DNA from: Octopus sinensis
Lineage: Eukaryota
Length of the DNA: 39,221 bases
NCBI RefSeq assembly: GCF_006345805.1
Contig: NW_021835533.1
Span: 1 to 39,221 of the forward strand
Direction: 5' to 3'
The notes under the pieces: generated by a model
Told to the model about the DNA's origin: nothing
The model's database searches: none
The model's input: only the letters and a program-made list of their open reading frames with translations
Shown here: piece after piece, positions 34,823 through 39,221 of the stretch
Position numbering within the stretch: position 1 is the first letter of the stretch
How the letters are laid out: the number at the start of each line of letters is the position of its first letter
Position numbers and translations under genes: made by a program

Positions 34823-35375
34823 GCCCTGATGCAGTACCAGGCAGTGGCTCTCATGGCTTCTGATCTTAACTGATTGGAAGTGTTATCATGTACATTGTTT
34901 TGTCTTGATAAAAGATGGGCTACAGCAAATATTCTGCTCAATAACCACAGATTTGCTTGTCAGTTGTTTGACCTTAACCAGTTGAGCATGTCCCTTAGTG
35001 GCTGACGATATGTGCATCTCTGATCACGAGCAGAAGTAGTGGGGGAGCATCATAGCCATGTGTTGAGAGGGATTCTTTGGGGTTTGAATAATTCACCTCT
35101 GGAAACATGGGTGGTTCTTTCAACATCCTTAAACAACCCTTATTCAGGGACCTTTTGAGCGGGATGGGCTACTCAACCTGAAGAAAATTCTAACTGGGCC
35201 CCACCTGCAAGGTCATGTGCTGTTTATCTTGATATGAAATCACCATGTCGCGCACATATGGTTGTGATGCATGTGCCTGGTGTACCTTTATCAGACGGGT
35301 AGTCATGATGGGTATATTGGGCTTCGTATATTTTACCCCAGTGTCACTTTGATGGCATGCACTGCTCTCTCACTC
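34821..35375 (+). mobile_element. Family E non-coding element, best-preserved copy, (AAT)n on both sides
   Basis: ATGCCCTGATGCAGTACC...GCATGCACTGCTCTCTCACTC; three copies in the window. Confidence 0.9.
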
Positions 35376-35433
<58 letters not shown>

Positions 35434-35480
35434 TCGAAAAATACCTTAGTAATAAGAACCCAGGTACGAAATTTCTCCAA

Positions 35481-35526
35481 GACCCCTGATGAAGGCTGGA
35501 GGGTATATCAACCGAAATGTTGTGTT
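35481..35526 (+). ncRNA. Decayed minimal hammerhead ribozyme motif in a PLE-pLTR-like module (35431-35580)
   Basis: GACCC-CTGATGA-A-GGCTG-GAGGGTATAT-CAACC-GAAA-TG-TT-GTGTT. Core intact, but one mismatch each in stems I, II and III. Confidence 0.7.
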
Positions 35527-35584
35527 AACAACAAACAAGATGAGGACAAATATCCGTCAACTGTAAATAATGTAAATATTGTAA

Positions 35585-36763
35585 TCTGCACATGCTCTGA
35601 TAACTGCATTTTTTGCTGACTCTGTATAATCTTTGTTTCAGAAAATAATAATGTCACACCCTCAACTTACTCAAGAAATGAAGAGGCATGCTGTTATTGT
35701 GGTTATAAAGGTTGAGCATATCGATTTAGAAATATCTCTAGTTTTAAAAGTTGCCAAATCTTTTGTCTGCAAAGTTTGTAAGGAGCTAGACACTGAAGAT
35801 CGTATCGCCAGTATCAAAGCATAAAAAGCATGCTAAATGCTCTGGATTCATCAGAAAACCTGAATTTATCCAGCAAGTTCAACAGACCATTGATTACAAT
35901 CCCGAAAATCCATGAGGTCAATTGCAAAAGATCTCCATGTGTCAGAAGGAACAGTCAGATATGTTGTCCACAAAGACATCAGATACAAGTCTTATAAAGC
36001 TCTTAAAAAGCTCTTAAAGAAACTGAAAAATCCAGCAGAAGATTTCAGTTGGCTTTTCTCCAAACGAGAAACACTTCGACCAAGATCAAGAAGTTAACAG
36101 AAGAAATGACAGATGATTATGTGCAGACCCTTCTGAAGTTCCAAGTGTTATGTATACAAAATTTCCTGCAACTATCATAGTTTTAGGGGTTGTCAGCAAT
36201 GAAAGGCATGTGACGCTTCCTTACTTCTTTCCACAAGGCCTTAGAGTTAACACTGCCGCCTACACTGAGGTCCTGGAAATAATGGTTAAGCCCTGGATAG
36301 ACAGTGTATATGCAATGGAAGGCCATATGTGCTTCAGTAAGGCTCTGCATACATGTCTCTAGTAAGATAGGAATAGATGACTGAAAATTTTCATGATCAC
36401 ATAACCTCTAACATTTGGTCTCCTAATTCCCCAGATCACAGTCCATTGTACTATTACATGTGGAGCATTGTTGAGAGAGAAGTCAATGAACATGCCCATA
36501 ACACTTTCTTTGAAAGCTGCCATAGTCAGAGTTAATATCCAAAATGAACCAGGACCACTTGATTCGAGCATGTAGATGATTTAGAACTCATATAGAAGTA
36601 ATTGTTGAAGCTGAAAGTGGCTTTATTGAATAGCATTATAGAAAAGAAGGTTTATTTTTATCCTCATAGCATTTTTTGATAAATAAATTTATTATCTGTT
36701 ATTATAAATATCTGTTTTCTTTATACACATAAATCTGTCGTCAAATATCTTACGCACCCTGTA
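35585..36763 (+). mobile_element. Tc1/mariner superfamily (maT/DD37D-like) element, left end missing
   Basis: MSHPQLTQEMKRHAVIV...SMRSIAKDLHVSEGTVRYVVHKDIRYKSY...TKFPATIIVLGVVSNE...VKPWIDSV...NIWSPNSPDHSPLYYYMWSIVEREVN...VEAESGFIE*. Right TIR-like CGTCAAATATCTTACGCACCCTGTA. Confidence 0.92.
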
Positions 36764-36789
36764 TATTCACGAAACAATGCAACTCAAGG

Positions 36790-37110
36790 ACATCATCATT
36801 GTTCGACCGTGGTCAAGACAATGGAACTTACTATGTTACACCAGACTTCACGGTCCATCATAGCATTACGGGGTCCTGTTGCTGGATGCCTGTATCCATG
36901 GAGATTACAGCAGGGTAGGAGAGTGTGCACCCTCTGGTATCGCGAGTAGATAGCTTCCAGAGGAGAAGAGTAGAAATTGCCTCGTTTACAGCTCTACAAC
37001 AATGTCCAGCAAACTGGACTCCTAGCTTATTAGAACACCAGAACATGGTTTTACTAACGAATCCACTGAAAGTTTCTGACCAATCTAATTCCATCGTTAA
37101 TAAAATTTGT
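36790..37110 (-). mobile_element. RTE-clade LINE 3' end
   Basis: GVQFAGHCCRAVNEAISTLLLWK...LSYPAVISMDTGIQQQD/RNAMMDREVWCNIVSSIVLTTVEQ* followed by a (TGA)n tail; resembles RTE C-termini (QFAGHC.R...LLLW...DTG). Confidence 0.8.
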
Positions 37111-37244
37111 CAGGAGGTAGCAAATCAGTAAACTTGTATAAACGACAGCACGGTTTGACGTATGAAATTCCTCAACTGAAAAAAAAAACATGAGAAATGT
37201 TCAAACTCAAAGAAGCTCCACAATATATAAGTAGACAATATATA

Positions 37245-37475
37245 AGGCGGCGAGCTGGCAGAAACGTTAGCACGCCGGGCGAAATGCGTTGCCGTATTTC
37301 GTCTGCCGTTACGTTCCGAGTTCAAATTCCGCCGAGGTCGACTTTGCCTTTCATCCTTCCGGGGTCGATAAATTAAGTACCAGTTACGCACTGGGGTCGA
37401 TGTAATCGACTTAATCCGTTTGTCTGTCCTTGTTTGTCTCCTCTCTGTTTAGCCCCTTGTGGGCAGTAAAGAAAT
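37245..37475 (+). mobile_element. SINE B1, full length, with 14 bp TSD
   Basis: TSD ATATATAAGTAGAC at 37223-37236 and 37476-37489. Confidence 0.93.
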
Positions 37476-37729
37476 ATATATAAGTAGACGCTATCAATAT
37501 ACGAGACGTTATCATAGCGCGGAGAAAAAATATGATTTTTAAGAAGTGTTAATTTGAAAGTGTCGCAGAATAGCCTTCTAAATAAATATATATTTGTGTC
37601 AGGTTACGAGTACAGCATGTGTATATCATATCATAACATTTTACGTATGACAACACAATGGACGTCACAGCGTATGTGTATATATGTGTGTGAGTGTAAG
37701 TGTATACGTGTTTGTGCGTGTGTTTGTGT

Positions 37730-37768
<39 letters not shown>

Positions 37769-38394
37769 TATTTTTTTATGCATGTGCATTTATGTATGTA
37801 TATAATACATTTAAATGCGAACAGTTTGAGATCTAAATACAATTTCTGATGATGAAATAAAATTGCTCCAGGGCGTTTTATATCTTTCGTAATGAAGGAT
37901 ATAGTTTGGCTTGACTTTTGTTGATTTCAGACATTTAACTTATACAAACAACACGTGCAGCCCACCCCACCACCCAGAAACGTATGCATGTATGTATGTA
38001 TGTATGCGTGAATGTGCATATGTACCTGTATACATTTATGTATTTATAAATATTATAAAGAAATGATTATCTCCCTTGAAGTAACTGTCCGCCAGATGAC
38101 GACATATATTTGAAAATTTGTAGCTGTGAATTCGAAACAATTTCTGCTGACGACCGACATGGATTTATTCTTACGAAGAGATGATTCCTCCACTACGTAA
38201 CGAGAGATAATTACTACGAATTTTTACACATGAAAGAATATATCGAAAGCGACTGTTTTAAAACTAATATATATATAAGAACACCTTCACCGGATAGAGC
38301 TCCCTGGAAAAGATCACTTTGTATTTTTAATCAGGGCCTCATCAGAACCTTTCCTGTACTCCTTCCACCGCTGTGTACCTCTTGCCACGACTGG

Positions 38395-38513
38395 CCAAGT
38401 AGGCCCGAGATTATAGTAGAACACACCTGCGCAAGGTGACACGCAGTGGGACTGAACCCGGGACCATGTGGTTCATAAACAAGCTACTTACCACACAGCC
38501 ACTCTTACGCCTA
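38395..38513 (-). mobile_element. SINE family A, head and CORE only
   Basis: GCAGTGGGACTGAACCCGGGACCATGTGG...CTACTTACCACACAGCCACTC. Confidence 0.85.
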
Positions 38514-38810
38514 TGCTTCTAGTTCATACGGTAATCACTCCTGTATTTATGAACATTTTTGAGAGGATCATCACTGCGTTGTTTAGTATCGAATTACCTT
38601 GTGGTTTTTAGTTGTCACTACCTCTTTTCCACTGTACTGTAACAAATTTACTACTGCATTTACTGATGTTGCGCCACCAGAAACTGAGATTTCGAAATTC
38701 ACTTATTAATATTCACCGTTAAATTGTTTCCATCTAATACTCACATTTGTATTACTGTGAATACAGTTCACGTGGAGGAAGTGAAATTCTACATTTTAAA
38801 TACAAAATAC

Positions 38811-38985
38811 TAGGCACAGCTGTAGACGTGTGGTAAGAAGTTTGCTTCCCAATTTCATGGTCCCACGTTCAATCCTACTAAATGGTAACTTGGGAAAGTG
38901 TTTTCTGCTGCCGCCTCGAACCGACTAAAGCCTTGTGAGCGGATATGGTAGAGAGAAACTGAAAGAAGCCCGTCGTATACATACA
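38811..38985 (+). mobile_element. SINE family A 5' half, degraded
   Basis: GTGTGGTAAGAAGTTTGC...AACTTGGGAAAGTGTTTTC...GAAACTGAAAGAAGCCCGTCG. Confidence 0.8.
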
Positions 38986-39221
38986 CATACGTATACATAT
39001 TATATTTAAGTGTCGAGTATGTTCATTGCCTATGTCTACCTGGCGTCATCCACGGTATTCATAGATATTATATGTTTAACGAGATACCCTTCATAACATC
39101 ACCTGTGAAGATGCGTCTACATCGCGCGATGCACCACAACCAGTTGTGCTGTATCCCACCCGCGAGGGGTCGATGCAGGATGCGTCGAAACGATCGTTGT
39201 GAACAATAAAATTCCTAGTAT

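Noticed and set aside
35175-35215. CCTGAAGA inside family E as a hammerhead core
   Set aside because: No stem II followed by GAAA in any of the three copies.
34880-35375. Family E as a NUMT (one frame has several in-frame TGA and hydrophobic residues)
   Set aside because: TAG/TAA stops remain under the mitochondrial code, no mitochondrial protein is recognisable, and the element is multi-copy with fixed ends.

Overview
Animal genomic DNA that is AT-rich, microsatellite-dense and saturated with transposon remnants. No host protein-coding gene, tRNA/rRNA gene or CRISPR array can be supported. The SINE types and the simple-repeat load suggest a coleoid cephalopod such as octopus (inference, not verified). 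Almost all ORFs in the supplied track are microsatellite read-through. Genuine coding remnants, all decayed: two Penelope-like retroelements (2.75-4.1 kb +, RT thumb and GIY-YIG; 33.0-34.6 kb -, RT and start of GIY-YIG), an R4/Dong-like RLE fragment (28.0-28.5 kb), an RTE-like LINE 3' end (36.8-37.1 kb -), mariner remnants (1-482, 1243-2110, 30.1-30.5 kb), two maT-type Tc1/mariner remnants (17.0-17.9 kb, 35.6-36.8 kb) and a pogo/Tigger remnant (25.4-26.0 kb -). At least three tRNA-derived SINE families and two unnamed non-coding dispersed families are present. Most notable: (1) several minimal hammerhead ribozyme motifs, one in a ~200 bp non-coding module nested inside a SINE; (2) a perfect 60 bp palindrome at a SINE-into-SINE junction that appears to record snap-back synthesis and a template switch; (3) a tandem array of mariner-derived mini-units spaced by (CA)n; (4) a ~550 bp non-coding element found only in (AAT)n tracts. 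Family names come from motif recognition, not database searches.
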